Source of the DNA: a virus
Taxonomy: Duplodnaviria > Heunggongvirae > Uroviricota > Caudoviricetes
DNA: 62,599 bases
Reading direction: 5' to 3' (one strand)
Virus record (IMG/VR): IMGVR_UViG_3300045988_162118
Span: 1 to 62,599 of that record
The position numbers and the translations under genes were made by a program. The notes under the pieces are model-generated. The model searched no databases. It was not told the DNA's origin and saw nothing but the letters and a program-made list of their open reading frames with translations. Positions 51,570-62,570 of the stretch are shown here, piece after piece. Within the stretch, counting starts at the first letter, position 1; every line of letters begins with the position of its first letter.

Positions 51570-53128
51570 TTTTGCACCTCGCAGCCTTCAATTTCAGCCA
51601 CAATCGCATCAATATCTTTACGCAACTGGTCGATTTTGCTGACCGTGGTTTTCAGTTCTGCATTCAACTCAGCGATATCGATAATTTCGCGAGTATCTTT
51701 CGCTTCAACATAACTGCTCACCGACAGGTTATAGTCATTCGCGACAACAGTCTCAAACGCAACAGATTTCGCCAGATGGGCAACATCTTCCTTGCCGGCA
51801 AATACCTGCATAATCTGTTCGATATGGGCATCGGTCAGGATGTTGTTATTAGTCTCTTTTTTGAATAGCTCGCTGGCGTCAATAAACTGAACGTTGGTAT
51901 CGGTTTTATGTTTAGACAACACCAGAATATTGACGGCAATGGTGGTGCCAAAGAACAGATTCGGTGCCAGTGAAATCACGGTTTCGACATAGTTATTGTC
52001 GACCAGATACTGACGGATTTTCTGCTCCGCACCGCCACGGTAAAAAATACCCGGGAAGCAGACAATCGCAGCACGACCTTTGGCAGAAAGATAGTTCAGC
52101 GCATGTAATACAAACGCAAAGTCAGCTTTGGATTTGGGGGCCAGAACGCCAGCTGGGGCAAAACGTTCATCGTTAATCAGCGTCGGGTCATCGCTGCCAA
52201 TCCATTTCACCGAATACGGCGGGTTAGAAACGATGGCATCAAACGGTTTTTCATCTCTGAAGTGCGGTTCAGTCAGCGTATTGCCCAGCTTGATATCAAA
52301 CTTGTCGTAGTTGATGTTGTGCAAAAACATGTTCATACGCGCCAGGTTATAGGTCGTATGGTTGATTTCCTGACCGAAAAAGCCTTCTTCGATGATGTGG
52401 TTATCAAACTGTTTTTTCGCCTGCAACAACAGTGAGCCGGAACCCGCTGCCGGGTCGTAGATTTTGTTAACGTTGGTCTGCCCGTGCATAGCCAGTTGTG
52501 CAATCAGCTTGGAGACGTGCTGCGGTGTAAAGAACTCACCACCTGACTTACCGGCATTTGCCGCATAGTTAGAAATCAGGAACTCATAGGCATCACCGAA
52601 CAGGTCAATCTGATGTTCGTTGAAGTCACCAAGTTTTAACCCTTCAACCCCTTTCAGAACCGCAGCCAGGCGGGCATTTTTATCTTTAACGGTGTTACCC
52701 AGGCGGTTACTGGTGGTATCGAAATCAGCAAACAAACCTTTGATGTCTGCTTCTGAAGGGTAGCCGTAAGCAGAACTTTCGATAGCAACGAAGATGCTGT
52801 TTAAATCTGCATTCAGTCTGTCATTAGTATTTGCTTTCGCAGCTACGTTGCAGAAAAGCTGACTGGGGTAGATGAAGTAGCCTTTAGTTTTGATGGCATC
52901 GTCTTTAATGTCATCAGTAATTACGCTGTCATCCAGTTTCGCATAACAGATACTGTCATCACCGGCTTCAATATAACTGGAAAAATTTTCGCTGATAAAA
53001 CGGTAGAAAAGTGCGCCCAGAACGTATTGCTTAAAATCCCATCCATCGACCGAACCCCTGACATCGTTAGCAATTTGCCAGATTTGACGATGAAGCTCTG
53101 CACGTTGTTGAATACTTGTCATTTTCAT
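51566..53128 (-). CDS. hsdM: Type I DNA methyltransferase M subunit (N6-adenine)
   Basis: 520 aa; NPPY motif ([11 protein letters not shown]); SAM-binding region; 4-bp overlap with hsdS start. Confidence 0.85.
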   Translation of the reverse strand: MKMTSIQQRAELHRQIWQIANDVRGSVDGWDFKQYVLGALFYRFISENFSSYIEAGDDSICYAKLDDSVITDDIKDDAIKTKGYFIYPSQLFCNVAAKANTNDRLNADLNSIFVAIESSAYGYPSEADIKGLFADFDTTSNRLGNTVKDKNARLAAVLKGVEGLKLGDFNEHQIDLFGDAYEFLISNYAANAGKSGGEFFTPQHVSKLIAQLAMHGQTNVNKIYDPAAGSGSLLLQAKKQFDNHIIEEGFFGQEINHTTYNLARMNMFLHNINYDKFDIKLGNTLTEPHFRDEKPFDAIVSNPPYSVKWIGSDDPTLINDERFAPAGVLAPKSKADFAFVLHALNYLSAKGRAAIVCFPGIFYRGGAEQKIRQYLVDNNYVETVISLAPNLFFGTTIAVNILVLSKHKTDTNVQFIDASELFKKETNNNILTDAHIEQIMQVFAGKEDVAHLAKSVAFETVVANDYNLSVSSYVEAKDTREIIDIAELNAELKTTVSKIDQLRKDIDAIVAEIEGCEVQK

Positions 53129-53259
53129 CCACTTATTTCAGGCTTATGTAATTGGCGGTGATTCTACAGCAACTTGGATGCTTTAGCAGTTCGGACATTA
53201 GGCTACGAATGACCTGCCTAGAGGTTTGTTAAGCCGCAAAGGGCTGGTGCTTTATGCCT

Positions 53260-53296
53260 GTGAGGTTTATAATTGTGTACACATAACGAGTACACG
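53260..53296 (+). promoter_or_regulatory. phd-doc promoter/operator
   Basis: TATAAT at 53267-53272 followed by GTGTACAC and GAGTACAC half-palindromes. Confidence 0.55.
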
Positions 53297-53304
53297 AGGT
53301 GTTT

Positions 53305-53526
53305 ATGCAATCCATTAACTTCCGTACCGCGCGCGGCAACCTTTCTGAAGTGCTCAACAATGTTGAAGCCGGGGAAGAGGTTGAAATCACCCGCAGAGGC
53401 CGTGAGCCAGCAGTAATTGTCAGCAAGGCTACTTTCGAAGCCTACAAAAAAGCGGCGCTGGATGCTGAATTTGCATCCCTGTTTGACACCCTGGACTCCA
53501 CCAACAAGGAACTGGTTAACCGATAA
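53305..53526 (+). CDS. phd: Phd antitoxin
   Basis: 73 aa [73 protein letters not shown], recognised as P1 Phd. Confidence 0.9.
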
Positions 53527-53906
53527 TGAGGCATATATCACCGGAAGAACTTATTGCGCTTCATGATGCGAATATAAGCCGCTACGGCGGCCTGCCTGGC
53601 ATGTCAGATCCGGGCAGGGCAGAGGCCATTATCGGGAGAGTTCAGGCCAGAGTTGCCTACGAAGAGATCACCGACCTTTTCGAAGTCTCCGCCACCTACC
53701 TGGTGGCTACAGCGAGAGGGCATATATTCAATGATGCCAATAAGCGTACCGCGCTAAACAGTGCGCTGCTATTTCTACGCCGTAACGGGGTGCAGGTATT
53801 TGATTCACCAGAACTGGCAGACCTTACCGTAGGGGCTGCGACCGGAGAGATATCTGTATCTTCTGTCGCCGACACGTTACGTAGATTGTATGGTTCTGCG
53901 GAGTAG
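53526..53906 (+). CDS. doc: Doc toxin (Fic-fold kinase)
   Basis: 126 aa; start overlaps phd stop (TAATG); Fic-like core [15 protein letters not shown]. Confidence 0.9.
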
Positions 53907-53910
53907 ATTA

Positions 53911-54090
53911 ATGGCACGTAAATACAACAAGTTGTCCCGTGAAGCGTTAAAGATGCTTCTTGATGGCGTGAGTCGCCGCGAGGTAAAGCAATACCTGGTT
54001 GGTAAGCAAGTTGGTGTCAGGACTGCTATTGCTGTGTTATGCCGTCAGGAAATGGTTGTGCTTAAACAGAGAATGCCGGGCAGCAGATAA
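53911..54090 (+). CDS. small putative HTH protein
   Basis: 59 aa from ATG 53911 (track ORF 53890..54090); LSREALKMLLDGVSRREVKQYL...RTA helix-turn-helix-like. Confidence 0.35.
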   Translation: MARKYNKLSREALKMLLDGVSRREVKQYLVGKQVGVRTAIAVLCRQEMVVLKQRMPGSR

Positions 54091-54117
54091 AGCCCAATCA
54101 GTGATGAAAGGTGTGAT

Positions 54118-55161
54118 GTGAAAGCCGTAATTACTCCCTTTGTACAAAAAGAGCTTGGCGTCGCCACATTCAAAGTGGATCAGGAAGTCAGAAAGCTGGT
54201 GGAGGCTGGCCGTAAATTTATTATGGAGCCGGTGCCGCGTGAGTTAATCGAGCACATGGACGACGGCCTCGTTGTTTCCGAGCAAACTATGGCAACAAAT
54301 GAGGCGTTGCAGCCGTTTTTTAACAGCGATGAACTGTTTCGCCGTATTGGTGGAATTGACGCGCTGGTGGCGTGGTTGCGCAGGAAAGAGGGGCAATGCC
54401 AGGCCGCAGATCGTAGTTGGTGTGACAACCATATTGTCCACGCTGAACGAGACAATAGCGCGGTGTTGTTGTGCTGGCATCACGATAACCATTACCGGAT
54501 GCGTGGTTTTAATGAGCTGAAAGAAACGCTGCATAATAATCGCGTTAACTGGATACTGGATGTCGCCCGTCAGGAAATGGGGCTTTCAGATGGCCATGAT
54601 TTAAGTATTCAGGAACTGTGCTGGTGGGCTTTCATGCGCAACATGATGCACCTGATGCCGGAAGAAGTTTGCCGTATATCAATAAATAAGATGAAAGCCG
54701 CAACGCAGGATAGCGGACCTCTGAAAGAGGCGGATATTCGCCCGTATGACGATCGCGCTACAGCATATGTTCAGATGATGGAAGAACGCGCCGCGCCGAT
54801 GCGTGCAAAAGTATGCCCTGTGGATGTTGACTCCGACCCTGGCATGGCGCATTTCAAAATACCAAAACTGCAATCGCTAAAATTACCTGAGTACATGGAC
54901 TTTGTTGCTTCCCGTCCATGCTGTGGGTGTGGAGCGGCGGGAGCTGGCGCTCACATTACGCCTTATATCGTTCGTCATAGTCGATTATGCGCGCATGACA
55001 TTTACGCAATTCCTCTGTGCCAGTCATGCCAGCGTGATATTGAGCGTGACCGCGATAATTGGGAGAAGACGCACGGTAGGCTGGCGATGCATCAACGATT
55101 GTTCTTTGATTACGCGCTTGGAGTCGGCGCTATCACAAGTCACTCGTCGAGTGTTAGATAA
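54118..55161 (+). CDS. Cys-rich protein downstream of doc (pdcB position)
   Basis: 347 aa; C-terminal Cys/His cluster (CCGCG...CAHD...CQSCQ). Confidence 0.45.
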   Translation: MKAVITPFVQKELGVATFKVDQEVRKLVEAGRKFIMEPVPRELIEHMDDGLVVSEQTMATNEALQPFFNSDELFRRIGGIDALVAWLRRKEGQCQAADRSWCDNHIVHAERDNSAVLLCWHHDNHYRMRGFNELKETLHNNRVNWILDVARQEMGLSDGHDLSIQELCWWAFMRNMMHLMPEEVCRISINKMKAATQDSGPLKEADIRPYDDRATAYVQMMEERAAPMRAKVCPVDVDSDPGMAHFKIPKLQSLKLPEYMDFVASRPCCGCGAAGAGAHITPYIVRHSRLCAHDIYAIPLCQSCQRDIERDRDNWEKTHGRLAMHQRLFFDYALGVGAITSHSSSVR

Positions 55162-55162
55162 A

Positions 55163-55179
55163 ATTGCTCTAATGTATTG
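55163..55179 (+). promoter_or_regulatory. C1 operator-like box upstream of lpa
   Basis: ATTGCTCTAATGTATTG. Confidence 0.45.
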
Positions 55180-55249
55180 CTATTTCTTTAATCGAGGGTA
55201 TCATATTCCACGTTGATTAGTTGACATGGGCTAATCAGTAGGTGACAGG

Positions 55250-55702
55250 ATGTTACTTAACTGGCAGGGACGCCACTTCATGGAAATAAATCACTCACGA
55301 ATAACATCGTACGAGATTGCGGATTACATGATCCGCACTAAATCTCTTCTATCAGCGAAAGAACTCGCAGCAATTCTTGAAAAGGAATACCCGCATCTGG
55401 ATGTCGATAAGCGCGATGTTTATCTGCGCTTAAAGGCTATCGCTGTGTCTAAGTATTCGTCTGTTTTGATTGATGACAGTACACGCCCACGTAGATTTCA
55501 GATCCACTCTCTGAATCCTGAATTCTTTCGCCGTAGCCGCGCTCCGCGCCGGTTTGATGAAAAACTCCAGAACGAACTCTATATGACGCAGGACGAAAAG
55601 GAACGCCGGGAGCACCAGCCTTGGGTAATGGCGCGTCAACTTTTCAATAAGGTGGCCCGTCAGCACCGTCATTACGGTAATGCCACATCCGCACGTATCT
55701 GA
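55250..55702 (+). CDS. lpa: late promoter activator candidate
   Basis: 150-aa ORF between an operator and pacA, as P1 lpa; identity by synteny. Confidence 0.5.
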   Translation: MLLNWQGRHFMEINHSRITSYEIADYMIRTKSLLSAKELAAILEKEYPHLDVDKRDVYLRLKAIAVSKYSSVLIDDSTRPRRFQIHSLNPEFFRRSRAPRRFDEKLQNELYMTQDEKERREHQPWVMARQLFNKVARQHRHYGNATSARI

Positions 55703-55787
55703 TTGATTGCTTGCCCGTTCCGGGCCTTTTGACATGTGACTTTCGTTACCCTCGCGTCAAAAAGAGTTTTTACGAAAGGAAGCATAA

Positions 55788-56981
55788 GTGACCTGGGACG
55801 ATCACAAGAAGAATTTTGCTCGCCTGGCGCGAGATGGTGGTTACACCATCGCACAGTATGCCGCCGAGTTTAATCTTAACCCTAATACTGCACGTCGTTA
55901 TCTCCGTGCCTTCAAAGAAGACACCAGGACAGCGGACAGCCGCAAGCCAAATAAGCCAGTCAGGAAGCCACTAAAAAGCATGATCATTGATCACTCTAAT
56001 GATCAACATGCAGGTGATCACATTGCGGATGAAATAGCAGAAAAACAAAGAGTTAATGCTGTTGTCAGTGCCGCAGTCGAGAACGCGAAGCGCCAAAATA
56101 AGCGCATAAATGATCGTTCTGATGATCATGACGTGATCACCCGCGCCCACCGGACCTTACGTGATCGCCTGGAACGCGACACCCTGGATGATGATGGTGA
56201 ACGCTTTGAATTCGAAGCTGGCGATTACCTGATAGATAACGTTGAAGCGCGGAAGGCCGCGCGCGCTATGTTGCGTCGGTCCGGGGCCGATGTTCTGGAA
56301 ACCACTCTTCTGGAAAAGTCTCTTTCTCATCTCCTTATGCTGGAGAACGCCAGGGATACGTGTATTCGTCTGGTGCAGGAAATGCGCGATCAGCAAAAAG
56401 ACGATGATGAAGGGACTCCGCCTGAATATCGTATCGCGAGCATGCTAAACAGCTGTTCCGCGCAGATAAGCAGCCTGATCAACACCATTTACAGCATCCG
56501 GAATAACTATCGAAAAGAAAGCCGGGAGGCGGAAAAGCACGCTTTATCTATGGGGCAAGCTGGCATTGTTAAGCTGGCATACGAACGAAAGCGTGAAAAT
56601 AACTGGTCAGTGCTGGAAGCAGCTGAATTCATCGAGGCGCATGGCGGAAAAGTGCCGCCCCTGATGCTGGAGCAAATCAAAGCCGATCTGCGTGCTCCTA
56701 AGACCAATACCGATGATGAGGAAAGGCAAACAGCCGTCGGTGGCCCTTCTCTTGAAGATCTGGACAAAGTTGCGCGAGAACGGGCCGCCAACCGCCGCGC
56801 CGATGCCGCATTGTGGATTGAGCAGCGTAGGGAAGAAATCGCCGATATCGTTGATACAGGCGGTTATGGAGATGTTGATACTGAAGGTGTATCAAACGAC
56901 CCATGGCTGGAACAAGACCTGGACGAAGACGAGGAGGAAGACGAAGAAGTTACCCGCAAGCTATACGGGGATGATGATTAA
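55788..56981 (+). CDS. pacA: terminase small/pac-recognition subunit
   Basis: 397 aa; GTG start with GAAAGGAAG RBS; pac hexamer clusters inside 5' coding region; acidic C-terminus. Confidence 0.8.
   Translation: MTWDDHKKNFARLARDGGYTIAQYAAEFNLNPNTARRYLRAFKEDTRTADSRKPNKPVRKPLKSMIIDHSNDQHAGDHIADEIAEKQRVNAVVSAAVENAKRQNKRINDRSDDHDVITRAHRTLRDRLERDTLDDDGERFEFEAGDYLIDNVEARKAARAMLRRSGADVLETTLLEKSLSHLLMLENARDTCIRLVQEMRDQQKDDDEGTPPEYRIASMLNSCSAQISSLINTIYSIRNNYRKESREAEKHALSMGQAGIVKLAYERKRENNWSVLEAAEFIEAHGGKVPPLMLEQIKADLRAPKTNTDDEERQTAVGGPSLEDLDKVARERAANRRADAALWIEQRREEIADIVDTGGYGDVDTEGVSNDPWLEQDLDEDEEEDEEVTRKLYGDDD
55981..56140 (+). other. pac: pac packaging site
   Basis: Two clusters of TGATCA/TGATCG hexamers (4 at 55981-56030, 4 at 56110-56140), each with a Dam GATC. 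Confidence 0.6.
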
Positions 56982-58465
56982 TGGCCAGAAGTTGCGTAAC
57001 GGATCCACGTTGGCGCGAGCTGGTGGCGCTATATCGTTATGACTGGATTGCTGCCGCTGATGTTTTGTTCGGCAAAACACCTACCTGGCAGCAGGATCTG
57101 ATTATTGAGTCTGTGCAGGAACAGGGTAGCAAGACATCTGTTTCGTCTGGTCACGGTACCGGGAAATCAGACATGACTTCTATCATGATCATGTTGTTCA
57201 TAATCATGTATCCCGGTGCCCGCGCCATTATCGTTGCGAACAAAATTCAGCAGGTAATGACCGGTATATTCAAGTACATCAAGATAAACTGGGCTACTGC
57301 CACCAGCCGTTTTCCATGGCTTGCTGATTATTTTGTTCTGACAGAAACCGCTTTCTATGAGGTTACTGGTAAAGGTGTATGGACTGTAGTACCGAAGGGC
57401 TTTCGTCTGGGAAGTGAAGAAGCTCTCGCCGGTGAACACGCAGATCATCTTCTGTATATTATCGATGAAGCCTCCGGTGTCAGTGATAGAGCTTTCGGTA
57501 TCATCACCGGTGCTCTTACCGGACAGGATAACCGCATCTTATTACTGTCACAGCCTACACGCCCAAGCGGCTATTTCTACGATACTCACCATAAACTGGC
57601 CAAGCGTCCTGGTAACCCTGATGGCGTTTATACGGCGATCACGCTTAACAGTGAGGAATCACCGTTGGTAACGCCAGCATTTATCAAAATGAAGCTGGCG
57701 GAGTACGGCGGGCGTGATAACCCTATGTACATGATTAAGGTACGCGGCCTATTCCCTAAATCACAGGATGGCTTCCTTCTTGGACGTGATGAGGTTGAAC
57801 GTGCAACGCGGCGGAAAGTCAAGATTGCAAAAGGATGGGGCTGGCTTGCATGTGTGGACGTTGCTGGTGGTACGGGACGGGATAAGTCCGTTATCAATAT
57901 CATGATGGTGTCCGGCCAGCGAAATAAACGCCGTGTAATCAACTATCGAATGCTGGAATACACAGACGTTACAGAAACGCAGCTTGCCGCCAAAATTTTC
58001 TCAGAATGTAATCCTGAGCGATTCCCAAATATCACCATAGCGATAGACGGCGATGGCCTGGGTAAAGCAACGGCGGATCTGATGTACGAGTATTATGGTA
58101 TTACCGTACAGCGTATACGCTGGGGTAAAAAGATGCATAGCCGTGAAGATAAGAGCCTGTACTTTGATAAACGTGCTTATGCCAACGTTCAAGCCGCAGA
58201 GGCCGTAAAATCTGGTCGTATGAGACTGGATAAGGGTAATGAAACTATTGAGGAAGCGTCGAAAATCCCTGTAGGGATTAACTCCGCAGGTCAATGGAAG
58301 GTGATGAGTAAGGAGGATATGAAGAAAAAACTCAACCTGCACTCACCAGACCATTGGGATACATATTGTTTCGCTATGCTGGCGGATTATGTTCCCCAGG
58401 ATGAAGTGCTTAGCGTCGAAGACGAAGCGCAGGTTGATGAAGCTCTGGCATGGCTTAATGAATAA
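56981..58465 (+). CDS. pacB: terminase large subunit
   Basis: 494 aa; ATP-binding P-loop-like GHGTGKS; start overlaps pacA stop. Confidence 0.85.
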   Translation: MARSCVTDPRWRELVALYRYDWIAAADVLFGKTPTWQQDLIIESVQEQGSKTSVSSGHGTGKSDMTSIMIMLFIIMYPGARAIIVANKIQQVMTGIFKYIKINWATATSRFPWLADYFVLTETAFYEVTGKGVWTVVPKGFRLGSEEALAGEHADHLLYIIDEASGVSDRAFGIITGALTGQDNRILLLSQPTRPSGYFYDTHHKLAKRPGNPDGVYTAITLNSEESPLVTPAFIKMKLAEYGGRDNPMYMIKVRGLFPKSQDGFLLGRDEVERATRRKVKIAKGWGWLACVDVAGGTGRDKSVINIMMVSGQRNKRRVINYRMLEYTDVTETQLAAKIFSECNPERFPNITIAIDGDGLGKATADLMYEYYGITVQRIRWGKKMHSREDKSLYFDKRAYANVQAAEAVKSGRMRLDKGNETIEEASKIPVGINSAGQWKVMSKEDMKKKLNLHSPDHWDTYCFAMLADYVPQDEVLSVEDEAQVDEALAWLNE

Positions 58466-58489
58466 CTCATTGACCATGCCGGATGGAAA

Positions 58490-59341
58490 TTATTGCGCGC
58501 TTTCGGGGTTGTCGTTTACTGGCTGCCCTTTCTTAGTTTTACGGCTGCGCGTAACTGATGCGGCTGATTTGACCTTTTTCTCTTCGCGAGTGATGGCAAT
58601 TTGTTTTTTTACATTTTCAATATCTGCCAGGCGATATATTTTTGCCTGCGGCCAGCGGTCGCAGATGATCGGTTCTATAGAGTCATAAAGGCTAAATTTT
58701 GCTTTCTCGAATTCACCGTTGATGATAATTCCATCACGGAGAGTTTCATCGCAGATAAACACACCACATAGCGGCACATGGTAACTAACTGATTTACCAT
58801 CATTGTAGTTAGGGCTACTAGAAATGTAATGGACGCGCAGCATTGTTTCGCTAAAGCCGTGTACGCGCATACGGAATTTTTCATCCTCCGGGTACTGCTT
58901 CATTAGCTCTTTTGTTGCTTCCAGGTTCTCTATGTATTTCGCACTGTGCTCATTGATCCCTGCGCTTTTCTGGATGCGAATGTCCTTATCAATCAGATGA
59001 ATAATGCGGCCAGCGGTCATGTTGACGCTGTTCACAGCTTCTGTCTGATAAGTCGTAACCTTACGCACACCGCGAAGGATGTTAGGCACTGGATATAAAA
59101 TAGTCTTTGGGATATTGAGGTCTGGGTACTGTTCCAGTTCCCGCGCCATTAAAGTCCATTTATCAATTTCAGCCTGAATGCTGTCAGTTTCTTTGAACGG
59201 CAGAACGACAACCGGGCGTACAGGACGACCGTCGCTGGCGGCATCAACGTGTTGGGCGCGTGCAACAGCTTTTTTTAGAAAGAGATCCCTGAAGCTGACG
59301 AACTCCTGGTACAGTTGTTCGCCGTAGACATAATTTATCAT
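58490..59341 (-). CDS. c1: C1 repressor of lysogeny
   Basis: 283 aa; position downstream of coi, convergent with pacB; many C1 operator boxes across the window. Confidence 0.85.
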   Translation of the reverse strand: MINYVYGEQLYQEFVSFRDLFLKKAVARAQHVDAASDGRPVRPVVVLPFKETDSIQAEIDKWTLMARELEQYPDLNIPKTILYPVPNILRGVRKVTTYQTEAVNSVNMTAGRIIHLIDKDIRIQKSAGINEHSAKYIENLEATKELMKQYPEDEKFRMRVHGFSETMLRVHYISSSPNYNDGKSVSYHVPLCGVFICDETLRDGIIINGEFEKAKFSLYDSIEPIICDRWPQAKIYRLADIENVKKQIAITREEKKVKSAASVTRSRKTKKGQPVNDNPESAQ

Positions 59342-59363
59342 TGATCCTCCTCCAGAATTGACA

Positions 59364-59406
59364 TGGCCAACAACTCACAGCGGATTACACTGGGAGTTGT
59401 TGGCCA
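59364..59406. repeat. 13-bp perfect inverted repeat upstream of c1
   Basis: TGGCCAACAACTC ... GAGTTGTTGGCCA with 17-nt loop. Confidence 0.5.
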
Positions 59407-59435
59407 CCATTATAGAAGGATCCAACGAAAATAAT

Positions 59436-59452
59436 AGATTTATTAGTGCATT
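59436..59452 (-). promoter_or_regulatory. degenerate C1 operator-like box between coi and c1
   Basis: AGATTTATTAGTGCATT, 3 mismatches to reverse consensus. Confidence 0.35.
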
Positions 59453-59661
59453 TATTGTGAGTCTGGCTGGTTAGTGACCATGAGATATTCGATTGTGTCA
59501 GTGAGATCATCCAGGTCGTCTTGGGTGATGCGGTACTCCTGATTGGATATCTTTGAGTAGTGTTCAGCAATGGCGCGGGCAGCGTCGGTTTCGGCGGGGT
59601 CTACAGATAAAGCGTTAGAGCAATGTCTAACGTCGTCGATGGTTGGTGGAATGAAAGCCAT
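59452..59661 (-). CDS. coi: Coi, C1 inactivator
   Basis: 69 aa; GAGG RBS; immediately upstream of c1 on the same strand. Confidence 0.75.
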   Translation of the reverse strand: MAFIPPTIDDVRHCSNALSVDPAETDAARAIAEHYSKISNQEYRITQDDLDDLTDTIEYLMVTNQPDSQ

Positions 59662-59899
59662 AATTATGCCTCACTGTATTGACAACACAGAGCCTGAAGC
59701 TCTGACCTACTGTTTCACCCATGATCCATGCTGGGGTAATCTAACAACATTGCGCTGTGTGTAAGATGAGCAATGCATAGCTGTAATGCCGTTGTATAAG
59801 GTTTCCCTGTTTGCTCATTTCCTTCTGAGCCGCTCTACAACGCTGAAGACACATTAAATAGTGAATCCAAAGTCGTATTACGAAACGGCGGCAAAACTA

Positions 59900-59916
59900 T
59901 AATTTATTAGAGCAAT
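59900..59916 (-). promoter_or_regulatory. C1 operator box
   Basis: TAATTTATTAGAGCAAT, 1 mismatch to reverse consensus. Confidence 0.5.
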
Positions 59917-59982
59917 TGTCAAACAACTATGAAAAACAATCCAGTTTTTGGCTGGTGGAGTGGGATTTTTCTCTCAAAATTT

Positions 59983-59999
59983 ATTGCTCTAATAATTCT
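59983..59999 (+). promoter_or_regulatory. C1 operator-like box
   Basis: ATTGCTCTAATAATTCT, 44 bp from loxP. Confidence 0.45.
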
Positions 60000-60042
60000 T
60001 GATTTTTATGCGCAGCTGGACGTAAACTCCTCTTCAGACCTA

Positions 60043-60076
60043 ATAACTTCGTATAGCATACATTATACGAAGTTAT
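60043..60076. other. loxP: loxP site-specific recombination site
   Basis: Exact ATAACTTCGTATA-GCATACAT-TATACGAAGTTAT. Confidence 0.95.
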
Positions 60077-60265
60077 CTTAAGGGTTATTGAACATGATTA
60101 ATTTACCTGTAAATCCATACAGTTCAATACCTTATCAGGTCAAATAGTGATCACTTGATCATTTGATCAAGGTTGCGCTACGTAAAATCTGCGAAATGTT
60201 GGCAGTGTTAGTGCTCCAGATTTCGCGTAGCGCACTTAGCACCACCAATCAATCAGAGGTGAAAA

Positions 60266-60487
60266 ATGGGATATTCAGCTGCTAAAGTGTCCACTCATCT
60301 TGAGCTTGAGAAAAACCGTGGTTACTGGCGGGCAAAAGGGTTTGATCGTGATAGTTGTCAACTGTCATTATCGCGCGGTGAAGAGAAAATAGAACGCACG
60401 CGCGGTCGCTGGCGTTTCTATGACGAGAACCATAAACAGGTAAAGGCAGAGCCGATCCTGTACACTTTACTTAAAACCATTATCTGA
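60266..60487 (+). CDS. hypothetical 73-aa protein between loxP and cre
   Basis: GAGGTG RBS 6 nt before ATG; ends 8 bp before cre; three GATC sites just upstream (60146-60170). Confidence 0.35.
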   Translation: MGYSAAKVSTHLELEKNRGYWRAKGFDRDSCQLSLSRGEEKIERTRGRWRFYDENHKQVKAEPILYTLLKTII

Positions 60488-60494
60488 GTGTTAA

Positions 60495-61526
60495 ATGTCC
60501 AATTTACTGACCGTACACCAAAATTTGCCTGCATTACCGGTCGATGCAACGAGTGATGAGGTTCGCAAGAACCTGATGGACATGTTCAGGGATCGCCAGG
60601 CGTTTTCTGAGCATACCTGGAAAATGCTTCTGTCCGTTTGCCGGTCGTGGGCGGCATGGTGCAAGTTGAATAACCGGAAGTGGTTTCCCGCAGAACCTGA
60701 AGATGTTCGCGATTATCTTCTATATCTTCAGGCGCGTGGTCTGGCAGTGAAAACTATCCAGCAACATTTGGGCCAGCTAAATATGCTTCATCGTCGGTCC
60801 GGTCTGCCACGACCAAGTGACAGCAATGCTGTTTCACTGGTCATGCGACGGATCCGAAAAGAAAACGTTGATGCCGGTGAACGTGCAAAACAGGCACTGG
60901 CGTTCGAACGCACTGATTTCGACCAGGTTCGTTCACTCATGGAAAATAGCGATCGCTGCCAGGATATACGTAATCTGGCATTTCTGGGGATTGCTTATAA
61001 CACCCTGTTACGTATAGCCGAAATTTCCAGGATCAGGGTTAAAGATATCTCACGTACTGACGGTGGGAGAATGTTAATCCATATTGGCAGAACGAAAACG
61101 CTGGTTAGCACCGCTGGTGTAGAGAAGGCACTTAGCCTGGGGGTAACTAAACTGGTTGAGCGATGGATTTCTGTCTCTGGTGTAGCTGATGATCCGAATA
61201 ACTACCTGTTTTGCCGCGTCAGAAAAAATGGTGTTGCCGCGCCATCATCCACCAGCCAGCTATCAACTCGCGCCCTGGAAGGGATTTTTGAAGCAACTCA
61301 CCGATTGATTTACGGGGCAAAAGATGACTATGGTCAGCGATACCAGGCCTGGTCTGGACATAGTGCCCGTGTCGGTGCCGCGCGAGATATGGCCCGCGCC
61401 GGAGTTTCTATACCGGAGATCATGCAAGCTGGCGGCTGGACCAACGTAAATATTGTCATGAACTACATTCGTAACCTGGATAGTGAAACGGGGGCAATGG
61501 TGCGCCTGCTGGAAGATGGCGATTAG
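60495..61526 (+). CDS. cre: Cre tyrosine recombinase
   Basis: 343 aa starting MSNLLTVHQNLPALPVDATSDEVRKNLMDMFRDRQAFSEHTWKMLLSVCRSWAAWCKLNNRKWFPAEPEDVRDYLLYLQARGLAVKTIQQHLGQLNMLHRRSGLPRPSDSNAVSLVMRRIRKENVDAGERAKQALAFERTDFDQVRSLMENSDRCQDIRNLAFLGIAYNTLLRIAEI; recognised as Cre with a few substitutions. Confidence 0.95.
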   Translation: MSNLLTVHQNLPALPVDATSDEVRKNLMDMFRDRQAFSEHTWKMLLSVCRSWAAWCKLNNRKWFPAEPEDVRDYLLYLQARGLAVKTIQQHLGQLNMLHRRSGLPRPSDSNAVSLVMRRIRKENVDAGERAKQALAFERTDFDQVRSLMENSDRCQDIRNLAFLGIAYNTLLRIAEISRIRVKDISRTDGGRMLIHIGRTKTLVSTAGVEKALSLGVTKLVERWISVSGVADDPNNYLFCRVRKNGVAAPSSTSQLSTRALEGIFEATHRLIYGAKDDYGQRYQAWSGHSARVGAARDMARAGVSIPEIMQAGGWTNVNIVMNYIRNLDSETGAMVRLLEDGD

Positions 61527-61543
61527 CCGTTCATTTGCGCTTG

Positions 61544-61560
61544 ATTGCTCTAATTATTTG
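61544..61560 (+). promoter_or_regulatory. C1 operator-like box after cre
   Basis: ATTGCTCTAATTATTTG. Confidence 0.4.
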
Positions 61561-61576
61561 ATATTTATGGTGACAC

Positions 61577-61888
61577 ATGCGGAAGGATTTCAAAATAGAC
61601 GGAAAATATGTGGTGCTGTCTGTAAGCTCTCAAATTCAGTCACCATCTGTCATTGTCACCGTAAAGTTGAGCGATAGGATGCCTGATATCGACTCGATAT
61701 CTGTTGCGTTCCCCGTTAAAAGCATGCGGAGTGCTGAACATTTTGTGATGAATGCAACGGAGGAGGAAGCGCGGCGCGGGCTTACTAGAGTCATGGGGGA
61801 ATTTGGCGAACTCCTGTGTAAGGTAAACAATGCTCTTTCAATCAGTTCAGCAAGGTCCAAAGCGTTAACAGCTTCCATGATGAAATAA
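61577..61888 (+). CDS. hypothetical protein downstream of cre (cra position)
   Basis: 103-aa ORF; start may be an internal Met. Confidence 0.4.
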   Translation: MRKDFKIDGKYVVLSVSSQIQSPSVIVTVKLSDRMPDIDSISVAFPVKSMRSAEHFVMNATEEEARRGLTRVMGEFGELLCKVNNALSISSARSKALTASMMK

Positions 61889-62020
61889 AAAAAAGCCTGG
61901 CAAGGAGCCAGGCTGCACAAAAGAGCGGGTTTGTATTCCGCATCCAATCAATCAAGAAGGAGTATAGCACACAGGTACTGAAGTGAAAAAATGTGATTCG
62001 CGATAAACAAAATATCTACC

Positions 62021-62037
62021 ATTGCTCTAATTGATTG
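62021..62037 (+). promoter_or_regulatory. C1 operator-like box upstream of ref
   Basis: ATTGCTCTAATTGATTG. Confidence 0.45.
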
Positions 62038-62104
62038 TTATAATTTAGCCGCATTTTTTGTCAACTACGAAGACGTTGCCATTACTTCACTCCTTGACAT
62101 CATT

Positions 62105-62130
62105 GGCGGCCATTAGGCCGCCTTTTTTTT
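62105..62130 (+). terminator. intrinsic terminator/attenuator 5 nt upstream of ref start
   Basis: GGCGGCC-ATTA-GGCCGCC followed by TTTTTTTT. Confidence 0.6.
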
Positions 62131-62135
62131 GCCAT

Positions 62136-62570
62136 ATGAAAACAATCGAACAAAAACTTGAACAGCGCCGCGAGTGGCAGAAGGCAGCCAGAGAACGAGC
62201 GATCGCTCGGCAACGGGAAAAGTTGGCTGACCCCGCCTGGCGAGAATCGCAATATCAGAAAATGCGGGATTCTATCGACCGCCGTATCGCTAAACAGAAA
62301 GAGCGCCCACCAGCCAGCAAAACGCGGAAAAGTGCGGTAAAAATAAAATCTCGTGGCTTGAAGGGGCGAACACCGACGGAGGAGGAACAGACTATCGCCA
62401 ATGCTCTTGGCACTCTCCCCTGCATTGCCTGCTACATGCATGGAGTAATATCTGAAGAGGTGTCTCTGCACCATATCTCCGGTCGTACCGCGCCGGGTTG
62501 TCACAAAAAGCAATTGCCCCTTTGCAGATGGCACCACCAGCATGCAGCACCGGCTGAAGTAGGGGTCTGA
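62136..62570 (+). pseudogene. ref: ref (HNH-type recombination enhancement nuclease), 3'-truncated by transposon insertion
   Basis: MKTIEQKLEQRREWQKAARERAIARQREKLADPAW... through HHISGRTAPGCHKKQLPLCRWHHQHAAPAEV, then frame runs into Tn3-type repeat and stops after GV. Confidence 0.65.

Noticed and set aside
59570-59764. 64-aa plus-strand ORF overlapping coi
   Set aside because: Antisense to the well-supported coi gene, no RBS.
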